From Candidatus Limnocylindrales bacterium (lineage in GTDB: Bacteria > Chloroflexota > Limnocylindria > QHBO01), in contig DATLGA010000034.1 in the NCBI GenBank assembly GCA_035540715.1, positions 10,580 to 74,579 on the forward strand: a stretch of 64,000 nt of DNA, in the 5' to 3' direction. The notes under the pieces are model-generated. The model made no database searches and was not told where the DNA came from. It saw only the letters and a list, made by a program, of their open reading frames with translations. Within the stretch, counting starts at the first letter, position 1. Each line of letters begins with the position of its first letter. The position numbers and the translations under genes are program-made. This document shows, piece by piece, positions 1 to 7,566 of this stretch.

Positions 1-30
1 CGTTCGCGCGCCCTGCGGCTCCTCGGTCAC
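1..30 (-). CDS. probable first 10 codons (gene runs off window) of the ATP-binding subunit of the amino-acid ABC transporter
   Basis: On the minus strand, GTG at 30..28 follows GGAGGAG by 5 nt and lies 38 nt after the permease stop. The SBP-permease-permease-ATPase operon logic fits. The fragment is too short to show Walker motifs. Confidence 0.3.
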   Translation of the reverse strand, partial: MTEEPQGART

Positions 31-67
31 GAGTGCTCCTCCATGGGATGACGATACATGGGGCCGA

Positions 68-1261
68 TCACCTGGTTCCGACGCCGAGCGCTCGCTCGAG
101 CCGATAGCTCGCCTGGCTCATGGCGTAGCAGAGGACGAAGAAGACGGCGGCGACGAACACGTAGACCTCCATCGACGCGCCGAGCGAGTCCGGCTGGGCG
201 AGCACGGCGCGCCCGATGCCGAGCAGCTCCTGGAGGCCGATGATGGTGACCAGCGTCGTGTCCTTCAGCAGGCTGATGAACAGGCCGACGTTCGCCGGGA
301 TGACCGACCGCAGGGCCTGCGGCAGGACGATGTAGAGGTTCGTCTGGAACCCGTTCAACCCGAGCGCCTGGGAGGCCTCCACCTGGCCGCTCGGGATCGC
401 CTGCAGGCCGCCGCGCACGTTCTCGGCGACGTACGCCGCCGAGAAGAGCGTGATCCCGCCCATCGCCCGTGCGACCCGGTCGAGCCGCCACTCACCGGGC
501 AGGAAGAGCGGCAGGATGATGTCGGCCATGAACAGGATCGTGACGAGCGGGACGCCGCGGATCAGCTCGATGTAGCTGGTGCTCAGGATCCGGACGACGG
601 GCAGCTGGCTGCGCCGGCCGAGCGCGAGGACGACGCCGAGCGGGAACGACAGCACGATGCCGACCACGGCGATGAGCACGGTGAGCAGAAGGCCGCCCCA
701 GATGTTCGTGCTCACCGACGGGAACGGGGTGCCAGCGTAGCCGTTGAGCAGGAGGAACGACACCGGCAGGGAGAGGAGCCACGCGAAGGTCAGCGCGCGG
801 CGCGGGAACGCGACGCGCGTGGTGGCCGCGAACGCGACCCACACTGCTGCGGCGTTCGCGAAGAATGCCCCGGCCGCCACGAGCCCGAGCGGCGACAGGA
901 CCATGAGCGCGGCGATCATGAGCTGGAAGGCCGACAGCGTCATGGCGAGCATGCGCGACGCCCGACCGTAGGTGCCCGCCGACAGGCCGAGCAGGACCGA
1001 CAGGATGGCGAGGTTGAGCCAGATCCGCCAGGCCTGGTCGCCGGGGTACTGGCCGATGAGGAACAGCCGCAGGTTGTTCGTGATGACGTGCCAGCGCGCG
1101 GCGGTGACCGCCCACTCCCCGATCGCAAGCACCACCCAGATGAGGGCCGCGCCCACGACGATGGTGAGCAGGCTGTTGAACCAGCTCGAGAAGAGGTTCG
1201 CTCGGAGCCAGGCGACCGGTCCGATCGTCTCCTTCGGCGGTGGGAGCGTCTCGACGGTCAT
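68..1261 (-). CDS. amino-acid ABC transporter permease (AapM/HisM-like, polar amino-acid family)
   Basis: 397-aa multi-TM ORF with a permease EAA-type loop (EASQALGLNGFQTNLYIVLPQALR). It has strong G/C third-position bias and sits 4 nt from the upstream permease. Confidence 0.9.
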   Translation of the reverse strand: MTVETLPPPKETIGPVAWLRANLFSSWFNSLLTIVVGAALIWVVLAIGEWAVTAARWHVITNNLRLFLIGQYPGDQAWRIWLNLAILSVLLGLSAGTYGRASRMLAMTLSAFQLMIAALMVLSPLGLVAAGAFFANAAAVWVAFAATTRVAFPRRALTFAWLLSLPVSFLLLNGYAGTPFPSVSTNIWGGLLLTVLIAVVGIVLSFPLGVVLALGRRSQLPVVRILSTSYIELIRGVPLVTILFMADIILPLFLPGEWRLDRVARAMGGITLFSAAYVAENVRGGLQAIPSGQVEASQALGLNGFQTNLYIVLPQALRSVIPANVGLFISLLKDTTLVTIIGLQELLGIGRAVLAQPDSLGASMEVYVFVAAVFFVLCYAMSQASYRLERALGVGTR

Positions 1262-1265
1262 CGAA

Positions 1266-2447
1266 TCAGCGCTCCAGGACCTGAACGCGGCGGTTGTAGA
1301 TGTTCATCAACAGCGAGGTGACCAGGCTGATCGACAGGTACGTGCCCATGATCAGGATCACGACGGGGACCGGCTGGCCGGTCTGGTTCGACATCGTGAC
1401 GCCGACCTTGAACAGGTCCGGGTAGCCGATGGCGATCGCCAGGCTGGAGTTCTTGGCCAGGTTCAGGTACTGGCTCGTGAGCGGCGGGACGATGATCCGA
1501 AGGGCCTGCGGGAAGACGATGAGCTTCAGGGTCTCACCCTCGGAGAGGCCGAGCGCTCGGGCGGCTTCGACCTGGCCGCGCCGGACCGCCTGGATCCCGC
1601 CGCGCACGACCTCGCCGATGAAGGCGGCCGTGTAGATGACGAGGCCGACGAGCAGCGCCGTGAACTCGGGCGACAGGCCCATGCCGCCGACGAAGTTGAA
1701 GCGCTCGCGAACCGGCTCGTCGAACGAGAGCGGGGTCTCGCCGATGAGCCACCCGGCGACTGCCAGCAGCGCGAAGGCAGCCAGCCCGACGAGCCCGAGC
1801 CGATAGGTCGGCAGCCCGTCGTCACGTCGCTGGCGTGACAGGCGTCGGAGGATCACCGCGACGACGATCCCGGCGATCACGAATCCGATGAGGATCGGAA
1901 GCCCCGGCTCGACGACCGGGCTGGGAATGAACACGCCGCGCTGGTTCAGGTATACCGATCCCGGGAGCTCGATCGTGTCGCTGATCGGCGGCAGCCGGAG
2001 GAGGACGGCGAAGTAGATGAGCAGCAGCTGCACGAGGAGCGGCGTGTTCCGCATGATCTCGACGTAGCCCGACGCGATCTGCCTCACGAGCCAGTTGTTC
2101 GAGAGGCGCGCGACGCCCACGACGATGCCGAGGAAGGTGGCGAGCACGATGCCGACCACGCTCACGAACAGCGTGTTGAGCAGCCCGGCCAGGAAGGCGG
2201 CGCCGTAGGTGTCGGTCGCCGAGTAGGGGATCGGACTCTCGGCGATCTCGAATCCCGCGGTACGACCCAGGAACCCGAAGCCGAAGCCGAGTCCGCGCTG
2301 GTCGATCGCGGTCAGAAAGTTCCGGGCCAGGAATGCGACGAAGAGCCCGACGCCCAGCAGCACCACGATCTGGCCCGCGACGCGCAGGACGCGGACGTCA
2401 CGCCAGAGCGGGACCGGGGCATGCTGGGGATAGGGTTCCGGCGTCAT
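1266..2447 (-). CDS. amino-acid ABC transporter permease (AapQ-like)
   Basis: 393-aa multi-TM ORF with an EAA-type loop (EAARALGLSEGETLKLIVFPQALR). It is in the same operon as the SBP and the second permease. Confidence 0.9.
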   Translation of the reverse strand: MTPEPYPQHAPVPLWRDVRVLRVAGQIVVLLGVGLFVAFLARNFLTAIDQRGLGFGFGFLGRTAGFEIAESPIPYSATDTYGAAFLAGLLNTLFVSVVGIVLATFLGIVVGVARLSNNWLVRQIASGYVEIMRNTPLLVQLLLIYFAVLLRLPPISDTIELPGSVYLNQRGVFIPSPVVEPGLPILIGFVIAGIVVAVILRRLSRQRRDDGLPTYRLGLVGLAAFALLAVAGWLIGETPLSFDEPVRERFNFVGGMGLSPEFTALLVGLVIYTAAFIGEVVRGGIQAVRRGQVEAARALGLSEGETLKLIVFPQALRIIVPPLTSQYLNLAKNSSLAIAIGYPDLFKVGVTMSNQTGQPVPVVILIMGTYLSISLVTSLLMNIYNRRVQVLER

Positions 2448-2508
2448 GACGGCCGGGTGCGAATGAGCTCGGGGCGGACCAGCGTCCGCCCCGAGCGATC
2501 AATCTCGA

Positions 2509-3624
2509 TCAGCGATACGGCGGTGCGTAGAGCAGGCCGCCCTCGGTCCACAGGTTGTTCAACCCGCGATCGAGGTTGAACGGCGTCCCGGGGCCGAGGT
2601 TCCGGTCGTAGATCTCGCCGTAGTTGCCCACCTGGCTGATCACGTCGACCACCCAATCGGCTTCCAGGCCGAGGCCGAGGTCGCCATCGGCGCCCAGCAG
2701 CCGCGCGATGACGGGGTTCTCGCTGCCGACGAACTCGTCGACGTTGTCCGACGTGATGCCGTGCTCCTCCGCCTCGAAGGTGGCGAAGACGACCCACTTG
2801 ATCACGTTGAACCACGGGTCGTCGCCGAGGGGCGCGACCGGGCCGAGCGGCTCCTTCGAGAGCACGGCCTCGAGAATGTCGTGGGCATCGGGATCCTCGA
2901 ACGTGGTCCGCTGCGCCACGAGCTGCGAGCGGTCGCTGGTGACGGCGTCACAGCGGCGCTCCTGGTACGCGCCGTAGGTCTCCTCGATCTCGGGGTAGAC
3001 CTGCGGGGTGAAGTTGATGCCGGCCGCGCGGAACTGATCCGCGAGGTTCAGCTCGGTGGTGGTGCCGGACTGGACGCAGATCGTCGCGCCCTCGAGATCC
3101 TCGAGCTCCACGGCCCCGACGTCACCGTGGACCATGATGGCCTGTCCGTCGTAGAACGTGGTCGGCGCGAAGAGCCCCCACGCGGTGTCGCGGCTGACCG
3201 TCCAGGTCGTGTTGCGGATCAGGACGTCGACCTCGCCGGTCTGCAGGGCCGGCCCGCGGGCATCGGCCGACAGGGCCCGGAACTCGACCGCCTCGGCATC
3301 GCCGAGCACGGCCGCCGCGACCGCGCGGCAGAAGTCGGCGTCGAAGCCGGAGTTCGTTCCATCGGGCTCGACGAAGCTGAAGCCCGGCAGGCCGCCGTTG
3401 ACGCCACAGATCAGCTGACCGCGGTCACGAACGAGGGCAAGTCGACCGCCCGCGGGTGCGGGCTCGGGAGTCGCCTCGTCGTCGTTGTCGTCGGTCGTCG
3501 CAGCCGGCGTACCGGCCGGGTCCGGGCTGTCCTGGCCGACCGTTGGCGCGACCTCGTCGCCGCACGCGGTGACGACGAGCGCCAGTACGACGAGACCGAT
3601 GAAGCTCAGGCGGAATCGGGTCAT
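2509..3624 (-). CDS. amino-acid ABC transporter substrate-binding lipoprotein (AapJ-like)
   Basis: The track ORF is 2509..3708. GGAGG lies 7 nt upstream of ATG 3624, and the lipoprotein signal MTRFRLSFIGLVVLALVVTAC/GDE favours 3624. The body is a periplasmic-binding family-3-like sequence. Confidence 0.88.
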   Translation of the reverse strand: MTRFRLSFIGLVVLALVVTACGDEVAPTVGQDSPDPAGTPAATTDDNDDEATPEPAPAGGRLALVRDRGQLICGVNGGLPGFSFVEPDGTNSGFDADFCRAVAAAVLGDAEAVEFRALSADARGPALQTGEVDVLIRNTTWTVSRDTAWGLFAPTTFYDGQAIMVHGDVGAVELEDLEGATICVQSGTTTELNLADQFRAAGINFTPQVYPEIEETYGAYQERRCDAVTSDRSQLVAQRTTFEDPDAHDILEAVLSKEPLGPVAPLGDDPWFNVIKWVVFATFEAEEHGITSDNVDEFVGSENPVIARLLGADGDLGLGLEADWVVDVISQVGNYGEIYDRNLGPGTPFNLDRGLNNLWTEGGLLYAPPYR

Positions 3625-3840
3625 GACACTACCTCCCTCAGTGCGGCACGAACGGGCGTGACCCGGCCTGTTCGGGCCTACCCCAGAATGCGATGTGCGG
3701 GGCATCATGCCCCGGGAGGCGGTCCCCGGTCCAGTTTTTTCGGCGCGGCGCTCACGCCGGATTCGAGCCGATAGATCGGTCAGGCGTGTCGTGAGGTCGC
3801 GCTGTGCCGAAGGGATCGGCGAAGAGGAGTCGGCGTGAAG

Positions 3841-3916
3841 TGGTGGAGATGAGGGGACTCGAACCCCTGACCCCCGCGATGCGAACGCGGTGCTCTCCCA
3901 GCTGAGCTACATCCCC
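3841..3916 (-). tRNA. tRNA-Ala (anticodon CGC), CCA encoded
   Basis: The reverse complement GGGGATGTAGCTCAGCTGGGAGAGCACCGCGTTCGCATCGCGGGGGTCAGGGGTTCGAGTCCCCTCATCTCCACCA folds as a 76-nt cloverleaf. It has the G3:U70 Ala identity pair, anticodon loop TTCGCAT and T-loop TTCGAGT. Confidence 0.96.
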
Positions 3917-3965
3917 ACTGGCGCGGCGGCGAGTATAGCAGGGGCACCGGGAGGCTTCCCGTATT

Positions 3966-3979
3966 CGAACATCTGTTCT
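3966..3979. promoter_or_regulatory. LexA (Cheo/SOS) box upstream of imuA'
   Basis: CGAACATCTGTTCT contains GAAC-N4-GTTC, matching the Gram-positive/actinobacterial TCGAAC-N4-GTTCGA consensus. It abuts the -10-like TATCAT (3979..3984), which lies 10 nt before ATG 3995. Confidence 0.75.
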
Positions 3980-3994
3980 ATCATCGGTCGTCCG

Positions 3995-4795
3995 ATGAGG
4001 ACCGATGCGCCCGCCGTTCCGCCCGCCCTCGAGACCGCCCTCGAGGTCCTGCGCGCGCGCGGGCTCGAGCTGCGGCGGGGAAGCGAGCCGCCGAGCCCGG
4101 AGCAGGCGCGACCATCGGTCTCGACCGGCCATGCTGCACTCGATGCGGCACTCGGAACCGGTGGCTGGCCGCGTGGGGCGCTCGCTCTCCTCGACGCTCC
4201 GCCCGGCGCGGGGGCCACGAGCCTCGCGCTCGGGTCGGTGGCCGCGGTCCAGGACGCCGGCGGCCTGGCGGCCTGGCTCGATCTCGACGGTGCGCTCGAT
4301 CCGGCCGTGGCCGCGCGGCGGGGCGTCGATCTCGCGTGGCTGCTCGTCGCGCATCCGCGCGATCCCGCGGAGGCGATCGAGCTGGCGGCGTGGCTCGGAC
4401 GGAGCGGTCTGATCGACCTGCTCGTGCTCGACCTCGGCGAGCGACCGGGCGTCGATCGCCGAGCGCTGGATCGGTTGGGCGGGGTCCTGGCCCGGTCGGA
4501 GGGAACCGCGGCGCTGCTCCTGGCGCCGGGGGCCAGGGCGGTGGCGGGCGCCGTCGCCGGCGTGCGGGTGGCGGTGCATCGGTCCGCATGGCTGGCGGTC
4601 GGCACGGATCTCGTCGGCCAGCGGGTCCGCGTCACCGTCGAGCGGCATCGATGGGCGCTGGCCGGCGGCGCGGCGGAGCTCGACCTGTGGTTCGTCGAGG
4701 GCCGACGCCTGGACGCGCTGGCGCCGGCCCTGGCCGAGCCGCGATCGGACGTCATCGAGGAGCGCCCCGCGCTGCGGGTCGTGCGGAGCGCCTGA
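3995..4795 (+). CDS. imuA: ImuA'-like RecA/SulA-fold SOS mutagenesis protein
   Basis: 266 aa starting MRTDAPAV. The track ORF start at 3890 overlaps the tRNA and was rejected. The fold is RecA-like, with a Walker-A-like PPGAGATS that lacks the Lys. It has a LexA box upstream and its stop overlaps the imuB ATG (TGATG). Confidence 0.8.
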   Translation: MRTDAPAVPPALETALEVLRARGLELRRGSEPPSPEQARPSVSTGHAALDAALGTGGWPRGALALLDAPPGAGATSLALGSVAAVQDAGGLAAWLDLDGALDPAVAARRGVDLAWLLVAHPRDPAEAIELAAWLGRSGLIDLLVLDLGERPGVDRRALDRLGGVLARSEGTAALLLAPGARAVAGAVAGVRVAVHRSAWLAVGTDLVGQRVRVTVERHRWALAGGAAELDLWFVEGRRLDALAPALAEPRSDVIEERPALRVVRSA

Positions 4796-6012
4796 TGCGC
4801 CTGCTCGCCCTCGTCTGGCCCGAGCTGCGGACCCCGGACTCGGACGCGCGCCGCTGGGAGCCGATGCTCGACGCGCTCGACGATCTCTCGCCGCGGGTCG
4901 AGGCGGTCGACCTCGGCGTGGCGCTCGTCGACGTCACCGGCCTGGCGCCGCTGTGGGGCCCGGAACGACGGATCGCCGCGCGGGCCGTGGCGCTCACACG
5001 GGCCGTGGTGCCGCTGCGCGTCCGCTGCGGGATCGGCGACAACCGCTGGCTGGCGACGCTCGCCGCCCGGCTGGCCCGACCCTCGAGCCCCGACGCGCCG
5101 GCCGCGCTCCGCATCGTCCAGCGCGAGGACCTCCGGGATCTGCCGCTCGACCTGCTGCCCGCCGACGCGGCAACCCGCCAGCGGTTCGGGCGGTTCGGCC
5201 TGCTGACGATGGGGCAGCTCGCCGCGCTGCCGCGCTCGGCCGTCGGTGCCCAGTTCGGGGCCACCGGCGAGCGGCTCCAGGCCCTGGCCCGTGGCCACGA
5301 TCCTCGCCCGCTCGTCCCGCGGCGGCGCCCGGAACGGGTGAGGCGGCACGCCGCCTTCGAGCCGGCGCTCGACGGCGTGGGCACCGTGGGCCTGACCCTG
5401 CGTCGCCTGGCCGCCGAGCTGTGCGATCACCTCCGCGAGCGGAACCTGGCGCCGGGCCGCGCGACGCTGACGCTGGACCTGGAGGATGCGCCTCCGTTGC
5501 GCGTGTCGCAGGCCTTTCCGCAGCCGGCCCTCGAGCCGGACTGGATCGCGCGGCTGCTCCTGTCCCGGATCGAGGCAGCCGCCCGTGCCCGTGCCAGCGC
5601 CCGGATGAGGGCGTCGGAGTTGACGGATACCAACCTGGGTATTGCTACGCACGGGCCGACCGCACACAAACTGGGCAAATCTGTGCCTTCAATCCTTTCA
5701 CAGGGCCCGATGGAGGGGTGGGGCTCGCGTTGCACCAACATGGTTGGTCACCAGCAACCCGGCGAAGCGCCGGGAGAGCCGGAGGAGCCGCGAGTCGCAT
5801 CGGTCAGGCTCGTCTTCGACCGGCTGACCGATCCCGCCACCCGGCAGCTCCCGGCCTTCGAGGCGCGGGCGGCGCGCTGGGAGGAGCTGCGCTGGTCGCT
5901 CGAGCGGATCCGGTATCGGTTCGGCGGCGGACGCCTCTGGCGCGCGGTCGTGGATCGGCCGATGGCGGCGCTGCCGGAGCATCGGTTTCGCCTGGCGGAG
6001 CTCGACGAATGA
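4795..6012 (+). CDS. imuB: ImuB, Y-family-polymerase-like (catalytically degenerate) mutasome subunit
   Basis: 405 aa starting MRLLALVWPEL, a DinB/UmuC-like fold without the acidic DE catalytic motif (GVALVDVTG). A candidate beta-clamp motif QLPAF lies at 5845..5859. The track start at 4336 lies inside imuA and was rejected. Confidence 0.85.
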   Translation: MRLLALVWPELRTPDSDARRWEPMLDALDDLSPRVEAVDLGVALVDVTGLAPLWGPERRIAARAVALTRAVVPLRVRCGIGDNRWLATLAARLARPSSPDAPAALRIVQREDLRDLPLDLLPADAATRQRFGRFGLLTMGQLAALPRSAVGAQFGATGERLQALARGHDPRPLVPRRRPERVRRHAAFEPALDGVGTVGLTLRRLAAELCDHLRERNLAPGRATLTLDLEDAPPLRVSQAFPQPALEPDWIARLLLSRIEAAARARASARMRASELTDTNLGIATHGPTAHKLGKSVPSILSQGPMEGWGSRCTNMVGHQQPGEAPGEPEEPRVASVRLVFDRLTDPATRQLPAFEARAARWEELRWSLERIRYRFGGGRLWRAVVDRPMAALPEHRFRLAELDE

Positions 6013-6263
6013 CCAGGCGCTACCCCGATCACCCGCTCGTCCAGGTCGAGACCGATGCCGACGGCGCGCCCGTGCGCCTGCGCATGGACGGGACCGATCA
6101 CGGGGAGCTCGGCGTCTGCAACCGGTGGCGCGTCGACGACGGCTGGTGGCGCGAGCCGGTGGCGCGCGCCTGCTACAAGGTCGTCACCCGCTCGGGCCTG
6201 CTGTGCACGATCTTCCTCGACGAGATCCGCGGGACCTGGCATCTCGAGCGGCTCTTCGACTGA
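6009..6263 (+). CDS. hypothetical 84-aa protein translationally coupled to imuB
   Basis: ATGA start/stop overlap with imuB, and G/C at nearly all third codon positions. The sequence MTRRYPDHPLVQVETDADGAPVRLRMDGTDHGELGVCNRWRVDDGWWREPVARACYKVVTRSGLLCTIFLDEIRGTWHLERLFD matches no family I recognise. Confidence 0.7.
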   Translation: MTRRYPDHPLVQVETDADGAPVRLRMDGTDHGELGVCNRWRVDDGWWREPVARACYKVVTRSGLLCTIFLDEIRGTWHLERLFD

Positions 6264-6284
6264 ACCCCTCGGCTGCGCGCCTCC

Positions 6285-6758
6285 GTGCATCCTATGAGCC
6301 GGCCGATGGCACCGCTCGTGCGGTACGCGAGCGGCATGAACGACTTCGAGCGGCAGCCGGGGGCCATCGACGATCCCGGCATGAAGGGCGGGATCGATCC
6401 CCAGGTCGACCAGCTGCCGCCCGGCAGCTCCGCCGACGACACCGGCGGGCCCGGCGAGCCGGAGGCGGCCGAGCTGGACCTGCCCGGACCGGACGACCCG
6501 GTCGCGTGGAACTACGTCGAGGCCGAGACGCTCGTGGTCGGGCCGGACGGCGAGGAGCTGGGCCGCGTTGCAGCGATGCTCGGCACCGAGGACGAGGGAA
6601 TCTTCCACGGCGTGGCCGTGACTCCCTACGACGACGGAAGGGCGCGCGTCGTCCCGGCAGATGCCGTCACCGCGCTCACGACCGCGAAGGTCGAGATCGC
6701 CTACGACGCCGACCAGCTCGCCGCCGCCGAGGAGCACCGACCCGCCGAGGCCGGCTAG
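6285..6758 (+). CDS. hypothetical protein with a PRC-barrel-like C-terminal half
   Basis: 157-aa ORF with good GC3. The C-terminal segment VVGPDGEELGRVAAMLGTEDEGIFHGVAVTPYDDGRARVVPADAV resembles PRC-barrel/DUF2171 proteins. The start is uncertain (ATGs at 6285, 6294, 6306, 6336). Confidence 0.55.
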   Translation: MHPMSRPMAPLVRYASGMNDFERQPGAIDDPGMKGGIDPQVDQLPPGSSADDTGGPGEPEAAELDLPGPDDPVAWNYVEAETLVVGPDGEELGRVAAMLGTEDEGIFHGVAVTPYDDGRARVVPADAVTALTTAKVEIAYDADQLAAAEEHRPAEAG

Positions 6759-6780
6759 CGTTCGGCCGTCGCCGCGTACC

Positions 6781-7557
6781 ATGCGCGGCGTGAGCGATCA
6801 CCGCGTCGACCGCCTCTGGCCCGATCCGGCGTTCGACCTCGACCTCGACGAGGCGATGGCCAACTTCCGCCTGCCGGATCCGCCGCCGGACCGTCCGTTC
6901 GTGGCGATCAACATGGTCACGAGCATCGACGGTCGCGCGCAGCTCGGCGGAACCGCCGAGGGCCTCGGCAGCCGGGCCGATCGTCGACTCATGCGGCTCT
7001 ACCGCGCGGCGTTCGACGCCGTCGGCAGCGGTGCCGGTACGCTGCGAGCCACGGGTGTCTGGCTGCGCGTCGGCGACGATCTCGAGGCGGGTCGCCGCGC
7101 CGAGGGGCGCCAGTCGAACCCGACCGGCGTGGTCATCGCCGGGTCCGGACCGATCGACACCGACGCGCGCTGGTTCTCGGGGGACGAGCCGCGCATCCTG
7201 GTGGTCGGCCGCACCAGCCCGGTCGACACCGTGCCGCCGAGCACCGAGGTGCTGCGCGCTCCCGACGAGCGGCCGCGCCCGGCGTGGGTCCTCGACCGCC
7301 TGGCGGAGCGCGGCATCGGCTCCCTGCTGCTCGAGGGCGGACCGCGCGTCAACGCGGCCTTCCTCGCCGATGGGGTGATCGACGAGGTGTACTGGACCAT
7401 CGGCGCCCACCTGCTCGGCACCGATGCGCTGGCGATGATCGCTCCGGTCCCGGGCGGATCGCCGCACGAGCTCGAGCCGCGGCGCGGCCGCCTGGTGAGT
7501 GTGCTTCGCCACGACGACGAGCTCTTCCTGCGCTACCGGTTCGACGCCGCCGGGTAG
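6781..7557 (+). CDS. RibD C-terminal domain / dihydrofolate-reductase-like reductase
   Basis: Diagnostic sequences are FVAINMVTSIDGRAQLGG...LLLEGGPRVNAAFLADGVIDEVYWTI. An alternative leaderless start is GTG 6790, 7 nt after TACCAT 6777..6782. The track start at 6661 overlaps the previous gene. Confidence 0.8.
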   Translation: MRGVSDHRVDRLWPDPAFDLDLDEAMANFRLPDPPPDRPFVAINMVTSIDGRAQLGGTAEGLGSRADRRLMRLYRAAFDAVGSGAGTLRATGVWLRVGDDLEAGRRAEGRQSNPTGVVIAGSGPIDTDARWFSGDEPRILVVGRTSPVDTVPPSTEVLRAPDERPRPAWVLDRLAERGIGSLLLEGGPRVNAAFLADGVIDEVYWTIGAHLLGTDALAMIAPVPGGSPHELEPRRGRLVSVLRHDDELFLRYRFDAAG

Positions 7558-7566
7558 CATCGGCCC

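Noticed and set aside
3841-3916. tRNA-Ala as the attachment site of an integrated island carrying imuA'-imuB.
   Set aside because: There is no integrase and no direct repeat of the tRNA 3' end in the window. The tRNA 3' end faces the transporter operon, not the mutasome genes.
3890-3994. The upstream extensions of imuA (track start 3890) and imuB (track start 4336).
   Set aside because: The 3890 start overlaps the tRNA gene and the LexA box. The 4336 start lies inside imuA. Homology begins at MRTDAPAV for imuA and MRLLALVWPEL for imuB.
3907-5667. Very long antisense or alternative-frame ORFs in the track. Examples: 3907..5667(-), 6676..8433(-), 9219..11612(-), 19381..22029(-), 38485..40644(-), 40888..42792(-), 59960..62680(-), 46252..48153(-).
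   Set aside because: They overlap genes with clear homology on the other strand or frame. They encode Arg/Pro/Gly/Ala-rich low-complexity sequence and lack the G/C third-position bias. They are the expected stop-codon-poor artefacts of ~70% GC DNA.
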